A stretch of 64,000 bases of DNA from Macrostomum lignano (GCA_002269645.1 NIVC01000059.1:1364001-1428000); one strand, 5' to 3'. Shown: positions 29,001 to 55,195, numbered from the stretch's first letter. Program-made: numbers and translations. Notes: a model not told the origin generated them from the sequence alone.

Positions 29001-29765
29001 ATATTAGTTTAGAAACTTTAACTGTACATTTATACATGCATTACAAACACAGTACCCACACACCACACACTCACGCTAATGTTTAATTCGAAGTTTTTCC
29101 ATTGCAGAAATCGCGTAAATTTATCAGAAGCAATAAATGGTTTAAAAGCCTCCCGGCTGAGTAGATCTTTAATCTCTTTAGTATAAGGACGAAAAGTATC
29201 CTGCGGAAGAGTCTTGGTCCTCTGAGCGGCAGTCAGGTGCTCCTGAACGCTTGCGGCAGCTGCTGCGCTGAATCGATGACTATGGGCCAGGAGTTCTTGC
29301 ATTATGAATGAGTCGTAAATATTTCTACCAAGACGGATGCGCATTTCTTCGCAATCTAATTCTTCAAACTTCTGTACTTCTTCGTAAAATGCGAAAACTT
29401 GGGCGTAGTCTTCCAGCTGCTGCTCCACGAACTCCTTCATCAATAGGAAGCCAAGGCGCTGATTAAAGATCTTCTCAAACGTAATTTCTTCTCTTTTGGA
29501 TAAATGCTTCATCATAATGCTTCGCAGGCTGTGGGTGAAGTGAAAAAATAGCCGTCAATAACTCATACATAAAAAATTATTGACTACACTTGAACTCAAC
29601 TGCAGTGGATATATGCAAGTACAGAATTTTAATAATAAAGAAATTATCTCACCTGGCGGGTGGTAGAGTAATTTTCTTACTTGCCCTTGCCGCTGGAGTG
29701 GACTTGGATTTTTCCATTGCCATAAGATAGCTTACATCGGCTAATACTGCTTCTAAGTCTGCCAT
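18635..29765 (-). CDS. GRK2: G protein-coupled receptor kinase 2 (beta-adrenergic receptor kinase family), 6 coding exons, 734 aa
   Basis: Exons 29765-29653, 29528-29075, 28978-28574, 22503-21966, 20500-20037, 18865-18635, all GT-AG with matching phases (2205 nt). N-terminus [21 protein letters not shown]; RGS-homology domain; kinase [15 protein letters not shown]|[19 protein letters not shown]; AGC tail [13 protein letters not shown]; PH domain [12 protein letters not shown] ... QWKEEI. Confidence 0.96.
18952..19925. repeat. GRK2 intron 5 minisatellite: ~35-bp TGTACAGGAGTGACTCTGGGGTTGGGGGGTCGGTG units grading into ~26-bp units
   Basis: Direct reading. Confidence 0.92.
20575..21650. repeat. 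GRK2 intron 4 minisatellite: 40-bp unit, alternating 40/47-bp (87-bp higher-order) units from ~21040
   Basis: GAGGGAAGGA recurs at 20601, 20641, 20681, 20721, 20761; later units alternately carry an extra GACTAGA. Confidence 0.92.
21668..21895. repeat. 20-bp minisatellite (GAGTGACAGTGGAGTGACAA)
   Basis: Direct reading. Confidence 0.92.
22522..22638. repeat. 18-bp repeat (CAGTCAAATTGTCACTGA), ~6 copies, beside the GRK2 exon 4 acceptor
   Basis: Direct reading; junctions form the dyad TGTCA-C-TGACA. Confidence 0.9.
23255..24620. repeat. C-rich 12/25-bp minisatellite (CTGCCCCTCTCC; CTGCCAGTATCTCCCGCCCCTCTCC) in GRK2 intron 3
   Basis: Direct reading. Confidence 0.93.
25850..27440. repeat. 24-bp pyrimidine-rich minisatellite (TCTCTCCTTTCCTCTCATCTCTAG) with ~292-bp higher-order duplication
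   Basis: Direct reading; identical spurious ORFs at 26266 and 26558 are offset by 292 bp. Confidence 0.93.
28130..28320. repeat. 24-bp degenerate repeat (CCAAATGACCTTGAGGCGATTCTT), ~7 copies
   Basis: Direct reading. Confidence 0.85.
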
Positions 29766-31165
29766 TGTAATTTTTATACCAATAATATATTTAAGTTCAA
29801 ATTAGAAAACACGATAAAGAGTTGCCCTAAAGGAATGCGGTAAATATTTCACTTATTAATGAAATTTTGCGTGTTACGTTGCTTACTTACTGTACTGGAC
29901 TGCGCGATAATTCAGTGAATGATCGGTTCGGTTTTGAATTTTGACAGTGAAGGAGCATCAATTGGTTTAACAAAGGAACACATGCATAATCTAAAAGAAA
30001 AATAAAAAAAAGTTTTTTTACCATTTATGACAAAATATATTGTCATAAATAAAAATAAAAACAACATAACAATAAAAAACAACATATAACATAAAAAACT
30101 GTTATTTTTAAAAAATACTGATTAAAGAATTAAATAGGCTTGGAATTTCAGAGCACATCAACAATCGAATTTTTTAGTTGCATGGATTAACTCGTAGGGC
30201 TTACAATCAACTTCAAAATCTAAAGTGTTTCGAGGTGATCTCTTATTTTTACAGCAGTTCTTTCTATTTGTAGTAGCTTTGCCATCGATTGCATCAGTTA
30301 GTTAGGCTTTTGTAATCTATTGGAATCATTGGATTTAATTCCTTCAATAAAAAGTACAAATAGGCCTAAGCAAAAGTAAATATAGTCCTCATTTCATGGG
30401 CGAATATTAATAAGCATTGTTACATACGCCTAACACATACTTGTCACAGCGTTGCATGAAAATGATTTTTGTGCAATTTTATGCCTATTATAAAGGCAAA
30501 TCTGTTTAATAATTTAGTTGAGAATTCTAGTCACTAATGCACTTAACCTTGGCTTAAGCACTTTGTACTTGGTCTTAATTTTAAGCAATCATGGACATAG
30601 GCCTTATTATGGTTCTAAAAGCAACAAAAATTCTCAAAAAAGGTTTTTAATTTAAAATTATTAAGTTTTTGTATTTTTAATTTTATATATTGCTATCTTC
30701 TTTTATTTTAGTCAATGTGAATAAATTATTTTGTTTAAATGAAATTTTTGTAACATAAAATGATAATAAACAATAAAAATAAGGTCTTGAAATTTTTATA
30801 CTGCTAAAAACTTAGAGTAACTCAGAGCTCAAACAACAATTATTGGCAATAGTAAAAAAGTGCACATTTATTAATTTTTCAACTTAAAAAACAGCAAAGC
30901 ATAGCCTAGACCTATTTATTGTGATAGGAGACACATTTAATAACATGGAATTTTAGTTTAGTTATAATTATTAGTTTTCAATTGATTTTTTACTTGTAGC
31001 AAAATAGTATACTTGAATCTTGATAAAAATTAATAGAAAGAAAGAAATTGTGAACATTTTTTTCTTTCATTTAAACAATATGTTTTGCCCAACATTAAGC
31101 ATCTTTAGGTTGTTGGAAATTTATTTAGCATTTCTAAATATTGTAGAGTATAAATATATTAAGGC

Positions 31166-33530
31166 CTATAGTAGCATAAATCTAAGAGACAATTCTGTAA
31201 TAAATGAACAAAGGGATAAAGAGACCTTGATTAAAAGATGAAATGGAGAAAGGGGAGAAAGAGAGAGAAAAGAGGTCATGGCATATTAAAATATTATTTT
31301 AGAAAATAGGCTACGGGTTTCAAGCCTCTGGGCCCTTTATCAAGCCAAAGATCTGTGTGTAATGCAAAGCAAGTTGGTCTTTTAAGTATTATTTTTCTTA
31401 GTCTGATAAAATTGATGAGTAGTTGTACATACAAGGGATGTACATTTAAAACCCTGTTTTGTTTAGCTCTAACTTGACTGAGAGGCTTTTCACCATTCAT
31501 TTCAATTCGTACCAGACCCAGATTGGTCGTTGGTCCTACAGTCCAGTTCATAAGTTTGAAGACCTCATTTTTGCAGTTTCTAAGAAAAATCTTCAAGTAG
31601 CCTAATTGCTTGAGTTCATTGTTGAAAGCATCGTTGAAAGACTTATAGTCATCACAGATTCGAGTGTACCGAAGGACTTGGGATTTTACTATCCCCTTGA
31701 AAGTGTGTGACGGATAGAAAGATTGTTGGTACAACAATCTATGAGTGTCTGTTTCTTTCAAAAACAGTTGTGTTGTGAAGTGGTTTTCAGCTTTCTTGAT
31801 AGTCATGTCAAGGAAACTGACCTCAGTTGATGAGGAGCTGATGGTGAGTTTAATGTTGGGGTTTATTGAATTCAGGTGTCGAACAAATTCTGTCAGAGCT
31901 TCAGCCAGGTGGTCCCAGTGAATGAAGATATCATCTATGTAACTAAAATAAATTTTGAGCTTATAAAGAGCAGTTCTCAAGGCAGTTTCCTCCCAGAGGC
32001 TCATGAGGAAACAGGCATAGCTGGGCACAAATATACGCCCCATAGCTGTGCCTCTAAGTTGTAGGAAGATCATTTTGTCAAATTCAAAGTCATTCCTATT
32101 AACTCAGCATCCGGTCTAATGGGATCCAGGCATCAGTTAAAAAATTCCTGGATTGCTGCAATGCCCTGGTCTATAGGGATCATGGAGTATAGACTCTGGA
32201 CATCACAAGTTGCCAGAGTCGAACCTTCAGTGCAGCATTTATCCATAAGGTGGGCCTTGAAGTCATAGGAGTCCTTAATGAAAGTGGGTTGCGCTTGGGC
32301 AATTGGTTGAAGAAAGAAGTCTATGTACTTTTCTGCCCCAATAGCTTCAGAAATACATCCGCTAACAATAGGTCTGCCTGCTGGGACCCAAAAGGGGATC
32401 AGCCAGGTGGCCAGGTCCTTGTGAATTTTGGGGAGCAGGTAGAAATGCCAGGGATGGAAGTTCTCTCTGGGAGAAAGAAAAGAAAACTGTTTCTTAGTTA
32501 TGAACTTTCTGTTACATAAATTTAGGAAGATCCCCCTAATAATTCCCACAGTCTTGGGTTGCAGTGGCTGGTCCAGCTGTTGATAGGCATTAATGTCAAG
32601 CAATTGGTTGTAGGCTGCAAATTCGTAATCATTGGGGTGCATGATGACCACTGCGTTACCTTTGTCCACCTTTTTTATTAGGATGGAGCTGTTTTGCTTG
32701 AGCCCCTGAATTGCTCTGGTCTTTGATGCCTCTAGGTTGCCTCTGAGGGGATTGGCCTGTTTGATCATAGTTGTCAACCCGAGTAGCTGTAGTCAGGGCC
32801 AAACCAGGCAATAAGACGCGGTTCCGGTCGTCCTGATGCTGAAGAATGCCGATAAGCTAAGGGAGCAACTTCCTTGGCCAGGAAAGATTCCAGTCGATCC
32901 GCTTGGTTCTTTGACAGAAAGAAATTGTTCAGGCTGACAGTTGACTCATCATCTAGGTTCCAAAAGTCCATGCCCTCCTTGCAAGGTTGAGAATTTTCTA
33001 CCGAGGTCATGGCCGATACAGCAGTGGCAGGCGCAGCAAGTAGGTCAATAGAAGAAGGGTCCTTAGACACAGATTTCAACCAATCCAAAAAAATTGAGAT
33101 GGTCAAGGCATCCAGTTTGCAGCAGAGACCCACATGGTAAATGACTTGTTGCGCCACTGAGGCTAGATCTAGTGGTTCCTTGTTGTTACAGAGTTGTCGC
33201 AATAGGTTTTCAGACTCCTTGGTTGCCGCATCGTAGTGTGTCAGGATCTTTAGTAGTGAGCTCTCGATGTGGGCAACATTCGCTGCCTGTAGGTCTTGTA
33301 AGAGTTTGTCGGATGTGAATGCAGGGCAAAACACCTGGTCCAGTGATTGTGCGGCTTGCTAAAGAGAGCCATAGGCCCATTGTGGCTCAACAATAATAGA
33401 TTTGATGACCTCCCGATGGTGGTAGGGCCTATAAATCTAAGAGACAATTCCATAGTAAATGAACAAAGGGATAAAAAGACCTTGATTAAAAGATGACAAA
33501 GGGGAGAGAGAAAGAGAGAGAGAGAGAAAA
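31166..33530 (-). mobile_element. Decayed Penelope-like retroelement (PLE-2) with an AlkB-like fragment, bracketed by ~90-bp direct repeats (pseudo-LTR-like)
   Basis: RT pieces: ILIKKVDKGNAVVIM, FYLLPKIHK...GRPIVSGC, TCDVQSLYSMIP, LQLRGTAMG, YFSYIDDIFIHW, KETDTHRLL...TFKGIVKSQVLRY, with several stops and frameshifts. ATAAATCTAAGAGACAATTC...AAATGAACAAAGGGATAAA.AGACCTTGATTAAAAGATGA is present at both ~31176-31241 and ~33430-33495. Confidence 0.88.
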
Positions 33531-35689
33531 CTTAGTTTGTCCAGATTTGTGACTTAGTTCCTTTTGATTGTAACTAAGTTTCTCCGATTGCAACTTAGTT
33601 CCCCCAATTACAACTTAGTTCTCCCGATTGTGACTTAATTTTCACTTTGTATATGACTTTTTTGCCTTTTTCTCTTTTCTTCTCTTTTTCTTTCTCTCTC
33701 CTCTTTCCCTCTCTTTTTCTCTCTCTCATTTCCTTTCCTTTTCTGTTCCTCTCCTTTCTTCCCCTAATTTTTTGTTTTTTTTTGCATTTTTTATTTTGCA
33801 ACTTACCTTGGTTGGTGGCCATTTCACCTGTCCAGTTTGGACAAGTCAGACAGATGTTAGGCATATATGTGCTAGAACTAGTCCTAGCACTAGTCCCTAG
33901 AATAACTAAACTGTTTATTTAAGGTTAGTTGCAAGTTTTTAATATATATAGATTCAATAATCTTAAGGCAATGATTGATATTGCAATTATGGATCATAAT
34001 AAACCTATCCTCTAGCTAACTTTTGACACATTCACTATAGGCCAAAAGATGGTCTTACATGGCTGATGGCTTTGACCAGTGTTCCTTGCCCCTAACATAC
34101 AAGTGCTATTTGGATTTATCTAAATAGGTAATGCTCTAGTCAACCGAGCACTGAAATAGATAGACAACATCTGGACATAGCAACAAAGGCATACAGCTTT
34201 TAAGTTTAGACTGGTACTGGCCTGTCTAATAAGGTAATAACTTGTTAGATATAGTTAATTATTTTTCAAGATGTTGCTATAATAGTGGCAAGCTCCTGCA
34301 TAGCAAAGTGAAGATTTTTTAGCTTGAGGCCTTGAGTGCAAGATGTACTTGCCTAAGAGATACAATAAATATAGGTGTTGCTAGGTGACTAACCATGAAG
34401 TGCAATTGTAGTCATTATTTGACTTAGGTGCAATTAAACAGCTTAGCTAAATTGACTTAGAAGTGGCCTTATATATAAAAGCTATTTACTCTTATCACTC
34501 CTTATCCCCCATTGAGCCCCACAGTTTTGACCATAGATAGTTGTAATAGTTTTATAGATTCATATCAGTTCTACTAAGTTAAGGAAAAAATTTGAATATA
34601 TCATTTTCTGGGTGTTAAAAAGGTCTTAGTGACCTAATTTTATCATTTGATATCATTTCATGTTACAACTATTTTATTTCAAACAAAAAATACTTCAACA
34701 AACAAAAAGGAAAAATTGCCCAAAATACATTAGAGACAAGAAAGGAAAGAAAAGAAGTAAAAAAGTAAAAAATTCTTTAAAAAAGAAGAGAAAGGAAAGA
34801 AAGAAATAAAAATAAATGAAAAAAAGTTAAAAAGCTAAGGAAAAGAGAAAAGAAAAAAGTGCTAAAAAATAAATAATAAAACTAAAAATAGATATTGACC
34901 TTAGCTAATAGATTTGTTATTGTAAAGTTTCTAATAACCTAAGGTATACATAACCAACTTCCATCTGTTGCAACTTAGTTTTTTTAATTAATTGTGACTT
35001 AGTTGCCTCCTTCCCTGCCTCTCCTTTTCCTTCCTCTCCTACCTTTTTTTTTTTTTACCTTTGTTGTTTTTTGGGTCAGCATTTTTGTGACTTACCTTGG
35101 TTAGACATCTTGCTACCTGGCCAAATTGCCTCATGTGGCTGGGTTAGCTGGTTGTTGGGCATGTATGACTTAAGGGCTAGATATTGATAAAAAGCTTTGT
35201 AGGCTATATGCAGCTTGTGGGCTAAAGTTTGCTGACAAGTACTCTTAAGAGTTAAAAAACTTTGAGAAACTTTTGGTATTAGCTACTAATGTCAAAAGTT
35301 CCTTTAAAGAAAACTAAGCTATTAAGCATTAAAATTTCTATTTAATATAAAAATTAAAGTATTAGTCTAATGGCTAAACTGCCAAGTTGTAGTATAAGGG
35401 TTCAAACTTTTTATCAAACTATCTTATAGCTACATATAGACTCTTTTCTAAGACATAAAGAAGGTTGCAAGTAAAGTCAAGTCAGTTCATTCAAAAATGC
35501 ATTATATATATTGTATTTTATATTGTTCAACCACTTTTTAAGGGAAGTTGCTTTAAGTTAGAATTCCACCATAGCTACTGGTACAGTCATGGAAATAAAA
35601 ATGTTGGCCATGGTGGAACTCTATTAAAAGCAAAAGTGCAATAAACATTGCACTGTAGACTATAGCAATACTGTTGCACTCTCCTGAGC

Positions 35690-42381
<6,692 letters not shown>

Positions 42382-45300
42382 TTTTGAACTGATATTCGAT
42401 TCTCGCTACTTATTTTTGCCCCACCCCCTAACTGTGAGTAGTAGACCTAGCACTTGAAAGCAGAGTTTTTTGTGAAAATATTAATTTTCTGTAGATTCGA
42501 GATCTGTCTACTCGTATTTATTGGTGTGTCGCCCATTGATCCATGTCTTGTCGCCCACATAATCCAATTCTGGTATTTAACCAAAATTAACTTGAGAGTA
42601 CATTAATTTTAAAGTACACTATGCACTTGTTTTTGACGTTTCGAGTAGTATATAAACAAAGAAACTTGTGCTATTCGTTCTGTTTTCATTCAATCTCCAT
42701 CTCAGCCGTGGTAATTTTGAGCTCAATAATGTTTATGATTTTAACTATGTTGACATTTGCGCCTCTTGCCCTTATTTATTATAGACTTACTGTTGTTCTT
42801 AAGCTTGCTTTAAAACTGACCTATTTATAAGTCATTTTTCTGACATATTGTCTTTAATTTGCAGTGCAAAAATTTTAGACTAGTCATTTCTCTCCTTATA
42901 CCTGATCTTATATTGTTTCAGATGCAATATTTATGATATTATACATTTTATTCAACTTTTTCCTGTGGCTTTTTCAGTCCAATTATTGTACACAAATTAC
43001 ATATATTTCTAATCAAACTTTTTGGCCTAGAAATCTCACAAGTTATAATTGTTTATTTTTATTACACTGTTATTATCGCTAAATTTGTGTTGTGGACTCT
43101 TATATTTATTTTGAATACTGAATAGTAAACAGTAAATTTATGCATATTTTGTGCGTCAGTTTTAAAAAAAGTACACTAATGTCTTTGTTTTTCAACTTGC
43201 CTAAATCAACTTGGTTGATTTACTACGTAGTATAGTATTTCAACCGTGTAACATACAGTATGCATGTACAACGCTCTTGTTACTACTAGTATTAGTTCGT
43301 TTCGCTTGTTAACTCGTCTGGTTAAAGAAATTGTTACAATATATTCAAAAGTTGCGCCCTAAATGGTCTTAAAGTACATACACCTGTATGTAAACCAGGC
43401 GTTGCTTACTTTACATTTGCAGTTTAATGTTGTCAGCATAAAACTAATTATGATTACAAATTTTACATTTTTGTCTTAGTCAGTCATTTATTTGAGCAAG
43501 CGCATGAATATTAGCTTTGATATACTTGAAGTAGCCACGTCGTTCTTGATGGCTAAATGGTTAAGGTCTTGTTGGCTTCATATAGTGTCTTAGCTAATCT
43601 GGAAGAATTTTCTATTGTATGCAACTCACCATGGAGTGGTCAAGGACCAATTAATGATGGTCCATGGCTACGAAGAGGTAAAGGGAAAGGAAGTGAAAGA
43701 AAGCAAAGGGAGAGGATGGAAAAAAGGCAAGAAAAAGAGAAGTCTGAAAACTGATCCAGTTGGTCTTTGAGACAAGACAAACTGGCTCTTGAAAATAGAT
43801 GCTTTGATGCCAGGATTAGCTAATGCTGCTGATAGAGCATTCCATTTTTACAGTATGTGGGAATTAATAACCGCTTTTGTTGCTTTGTTCTAGAGAAAGG
43901 AAGCTTAAAGAAGTTGTTTGGCAATAAAACGGAGATCATAGCAATAATGTATATGTATATGTACATGTATATCAAAAGAAAAACAAAAAACGCCTGGTGC
44001 AAGAATATTTGGTTTAATGAAATGACAAATTATTAGAAACTCTAACTAATGACTCACGCACGTCATCCTTTTTTCTGCTGGAACGCGAAGCAGAACGCAC
44101 CGCTGGAACGCACCGTGTTAGTTATTATAGAAAACTCTAAATGCATTGGCAATAGACATAGAAAATAGACAATAAACATTAGCAATGCTCGCAGTTCATA
44201 ACTTGTAATAGTTGATTAAAATAATTCAAAGATCATACATTCCTGTATTGTTATACTGTGTATTTATGTGATAACGCTGGACCGCCTGTAGGGAAATATT
44301 TCAATATTTATTTTTTCGTCGAAAGGCGGGCCGCCTCCAGTAAAAACTGTGTGAAAAAACTTCCTTCTCGTTCTCTAGGCCTAATCCTTTTTGCTTTGAA
44401 GCTTGAGATAGTGCATTTAGTATTTTTATTTATATATAACTTTAAAAAATTTCGAGTGAACTTGTTGCTGGTTTCCAGCCCGGTGATCTTCTTTTATATA
44501 GAGAAGTTTTTGGGCACACCAAAGGTCCTATACGATACTTTTTTAGATAAGTTCCTGGCTAATCGCGTGATAATCCAATAACAATGACAGCTACGATTGA
44601 AATTGATAGTTTACTCTCACGTCTTTTAGAAGGTAGGCCTATGTTATTTTAACTTGAGCTTGAAGCCCATTTTATTGCTTACTTCAGCTCAGTGTGTGTA
44701 CCTACCTAATTTTACAAACTTAATGTTCTTCATATACTTGAAGTAAACTTGAAATACTTAAAATATACTTAATATAATTCATATACTTTAAATAATTTAA
44801 TGTTTTAACAATGCGCCAAAAATAGCAAGCAGACAAGCTGTTTTTGAAGATGATAATTTTATTGTTAATGTTAGATTACATGTAGCATTTCTGTGAATTA
44901 TAACTAAATAATTTGAAATTATGCCACCAGCACCAAAGTTGTCCTAGGGCTCTGTCTCTCTATAAAATTTCAACCGCTGACACCAAAGTTGTTGTAGGGG
45001 TGTTCCTGTACAATACAAAATCCTACCGTTGTAACAAAAGTTGTTACAGGGGGGATTCTTCCTTCTTAATAATTTCACACTGCTGTTACCAAAGTTGTAA
45101 TAAAGCTACTTCTCCTTAACAATTCTACTGGTTATTGATTGTCTTTCTACTAGTAGCGCATATACTTCTATTGGTAGCGTATGTACTTCTATTGGTAGCA
45201 TATGTACTTCTATTGTACTCTCTGGCCTGAGCGGTCTATTGGCACTGTCTATTCTATTCCTATACTTCCCCTAAATATTATTCTCTCAGTCCTGGGCATT

Positions 45301-46006
45301 CCCTGGATCAGAGGATCATAGCTTATGCTCCTTCTCTGCCCTGAGGCAATCTTCTCTCGTTAAGAGGTGGTTCTCCTGCCTTGAGGCGAATTTACAATTT
45401 ACTGCCCTGAGGCGGTTTCTTGCTTGTAGCGGTTTCTGATACTCCCAATTGGGGTTCTTATACTCTAAGAAATGATTAAGTCTTTAAGCAATTTCAATAT
45501 TTAGAACAAACTAAATTTGCTTATTGAAAACCGAGAGGCAGCAAATGGTTGCTTTCTCAAGTCTGCTCAGCGCGTCTATTTATACCCAAAATTCATTACA
45601 GTTTAAAAAAAAAATAATTACAGAAATATTTTTGCAACCCACAACATTCAAGCAAAAATTTCGCGCAGATTTGAATAAGCTTTTTCTAAGAAAGGCAAAC
45701 TTAAAATGAGTAAATTTTAAAAGTATTAGAGCTATTATTAATGCCTGTCTCATATTGTATATGGAAAACTTGTTAAGAACAAGAGACTTCTTGAACATTA
45801 GGTATGGTATGTAAAATACTTCCCATTTTACAATTTTTCTGAAACTTTTGCCAGAGTCTTAGAGGCTGTCTAAAATCATAATAGGCCTAAAGCAAAGAAA
45901 ATTGCAAAAAGTTACCTTCAGAGTTAACAGGAGCTCAATTTGTTAATCCCCTGTATAATTAGTGATAATTTGATGTAAGCAGTTTCAGAGAATTGTATGT
46001 TTAAAA

Positions 46007-46282
46007 CTGGGTTTTTTTTCGTCCATAACTTGGGTGCGATTTTGCACCCTGTGCTAGATTTGAGGGTGCGATTTTCAAGACCAGGATGCGCTGCACTGCT
46101 GCAGACAAAAACTGGTCTAATACTTAAGATGTCCATAACAGTAAAACACTAAATTGTAAAACCCGCATCACATCCTTGCAAAAATTTAGGACGTGTGCTT
46201 TTTGCACCCTGAGTCAAATTTCAGGGTGCGATTTTTAAGACCAGGATGCTATTCGCACCCATTCGCACAAAAAAACCCAGGG
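46007..46282. mobile_element. Putative ~275-bp MITE with CTGGGTTTTTTT/AAAAAAACCCAG termini
   Basis: 12-bp TIR plus subterminal GGGTGCGA motifs. GTTTAAAA flanks both sides (45999-46006; 46283-46290, offset by 2 nt). Internal direct duplication AGGGTGCGATTTT.AAGACCAGGATGC. Confidence 0.5.
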
Positions 46283-46759
46283 GTTTAAAAATAAAACTTT
46301 TCATGACTTATGATGATCATGATCATGACTTTCAATGGTAATTTTTTCCACAGTTTAATGAATTGATTCTAAAAAACATTGAGAGGTTTAGATTTTTAAC
46401 TCCAATAAAAAGAGTGTCTATTCTAATTTTTATTCACTCAGTTTGTTATAGTGCAACAAGAGTGCCACATCAAATTAGTGTTTTTAAAAAATGCTGACTC
46501 ATGGTTTGCCATTGCCCTCACCTCCTGCTTTTGATTTGCTGTTGTTCTCTTATGGTTGTGACTAGCTGTACATTCTTTACTTGTTTAGCTATACTCATTT
46601 CTACTAATCTGCATTGTCTTCTCCATTCTGAAAGGTAACTACAGCTGCTGATATCAATTAGTTTGATAAGACTATAATTTTTCTCCATGGAAGTGTTTGA
46701 TAACTTGCTAAATTTTTAATTTAAGCTTCATTGCAATTTTCCCCCTGGACCCTCTCAGT

Positions 46760-47225
46760 CTCCAAATTTATCTACCTAATCTACAATAAACCCCCATGCC
46801 TCTTTTGAAGTTTAGGTATGTAAAATATCCCTATGAAGATTCTTCCCACCCTAAACCCCCTTTCTCTATGTCTGGTGGTTGATGGTGGTTAGCCACCCCC
46901 CCTATTAGACCTCCCCTTAGGTTTAGAATTTATCTACCTAATCTTCAATAGACCCCAATGCCTCGATTGAAATTTAAGTATATAAAATAAATCCCTATGA
47001 AGATTCTCCCCACCCTAGAGCCTCCCATTCCCCATACCCTGGTTTTTGGTAGTTCTTAGCCCCCCCGCACCTTGCCCCCACCTCATCCCCAAAGACTTGC
47101 CCCCTCTCCTTAGCCTCCAAATTTATCTACCTAATCTTCAATAGACCTCCATGCCTCTATTGAAGTTTAGGTATATAAAATCATTCCCCATGAGTTTCTC
47201 CCTACCCTAAAACCCCCCATTCCCC
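46760..47225. repeat. Three diverged ~165-190-bp tandem units (AATTTATCTACCTAATCT...CCCTATGAAGATTCT.CCCACCCTA)
   Basis: Units begin near 46762, 46925 and 47117. Confidence 0.75.
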
Positions 47226-47709
47226 ATGCCCCAGTGGTTGGCTTTAAGCTACAAAAAATGAAGCTCAAATTTGAAATCAGCACCATCAAAAACCTCTGTA
47301 GAGACAAAATTATGATCCTATCAGAACTGCAACTATTTTATCTACCTAAAGTTCAAGAAGTCCAGAACGGACAAGTAACATTGTAGATTTTAAATTTTAA
47401 ACTAAAACTAAAACTAAATTCTAAAAAGTTAAAAATATTTAACTTTCATTGACTAAGTAATTTTGGATTAAATAGCTTCGTTTTAAAGAGTGCACACTGT
47501 TTTATGGGCCTAAGACTAAGAGATGGAACATAGTTACAATAGGTTAATACACATTTCCATGAGTAATATATTGCTTTGATAAATAATTAATATTGCTAGT
47601 TATATTTATTAAATAGTATTGTTCAAGAAATATGTTAACTGTATTTTATAATTAACAGTTTTTTAATGAGACTTAAGAACATATATCTTTCAAAATTTGC
47701 GCAAAACAG

Positions 47710-53915
<6,206 letters not shown>

Positions 53916-55187
53916 ATAGCCGATTAGCTAGTGAAATAAACCTACTATAGTTCAATAGCTATAATTTCAGCTTAACGACTGCCTCAAGCGCTATAGCATT
54001 GAAAATTCTGTAGTTTGCTTACCGTGGTGTCATCGTCAATAGCTAAACAATGCAACTACTTTTTTGTTTAGGATAAAAAATTATCCACCGATAAAAATAT
54101 GAAAACCATTTTTGTTTAAGATAATTATGTATATTGAAATTCCGTACTCGTTGTTACTACTCTTTTAGTCAGTAGCTTGAATGAACATTTAGCGATTTTT
54201 CCAAGTATGAAAAAACAATTGAACGCTGATTGCTTTATTTGTTTTCCAGCCAATTACTTTTAAAAATGACTATATTGATAACAGTAATATCTAGCTTTAC
54301 AATCATATTTTCCTGCTGATTTCAAAAATAATTAGTGTCATTAATAACATTTCCAATATTTTTATCAAACTTTTTTTACACGAAGTAGATTTATGTTGTC
54401 TTTTGTACGTTTTTGTTTTGAACTTTTTCAGTTTCCATGCTGCAGTCGCGCAGTTATTAATAGTCCGTTGCGGATTGGCAATATTTTATTTATTTAGCTG
54501 TTTCTAAATCAATATAATTAATCTTTTAAGTATTCTAGTTGATTCTAATCAAGAATTAGATGCGCGTTTCAATCCTGACAATTAAATCTTGGAGATTTTC
54601 TTATTTATTGAATGAAAATTTGTTATAGCTCGTACATTGTAATAAGAGCGTAATAACATCTTGAAGCTTACTCGTACGAGCGTACGTGTGCCTTTCTGGA
54701 TTTTACGTGTGTGTCAAAAAAAGACAGTTTAAAAGACACTAGTAATTGTAATGTTGGCCTTCCTACCTTCCTACCAGCTACTGCAGGCGCACTCACGATG
54801 GCAGGAGCCACTATCTGCTTGGCAAATGAATTCAAGGAGAACAATAGCCACAAAATTTCCCGAAAGCAAATTTTCCCGTGCAGAAAATTTGAAGTGGCTT
54901 TGGAAGCGACAAAACGGCCCTTTTCAGTAACTACCAATTTGGAAATTTGAGCAATTCAAGTTGGCTGAGAAGAGCCACTACAGATGCAGCTGGCACGGGA
55001 AACAAGTGGAAGCCAATATTCAGGTGTTAACTGTAAACGCAGAACTGTATTTGATGAAATTTGAGGCTAAACTATAGACACTTAATTGTTCTCCAACATC
55101 CCCAGCTAACACTCGGAACGCAACTAGCTGGAACTCTCAGCAACAGATTTCAAGAATGGAAAAAGCCATTTTTCGCAAGCCTTATAC

Positions 55188-55195
55188 TATAAATA
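55188..55195 (+). promoter_or_regulatory. Candidate TATA box (TATAAATA) ~110 bp upstream of the first Cys-loop receptor ATG
   Basis: Consensus match and plausible position only. Confidence 0.35.

Noticed and set aside
30225-30256. Possible hammerhead for PLE-2 (minus strand GAG-AUCAC-CUC-GAAAC)
   Set aside because: The CUGANGA core is absent and the site is ~900 bp from the element end.
54668-54950. Short ORFs between PP1 and the first LGIC
   Set aside because: No recognisable motifs or splice-consistent links; likely degenerate repeat sequence.
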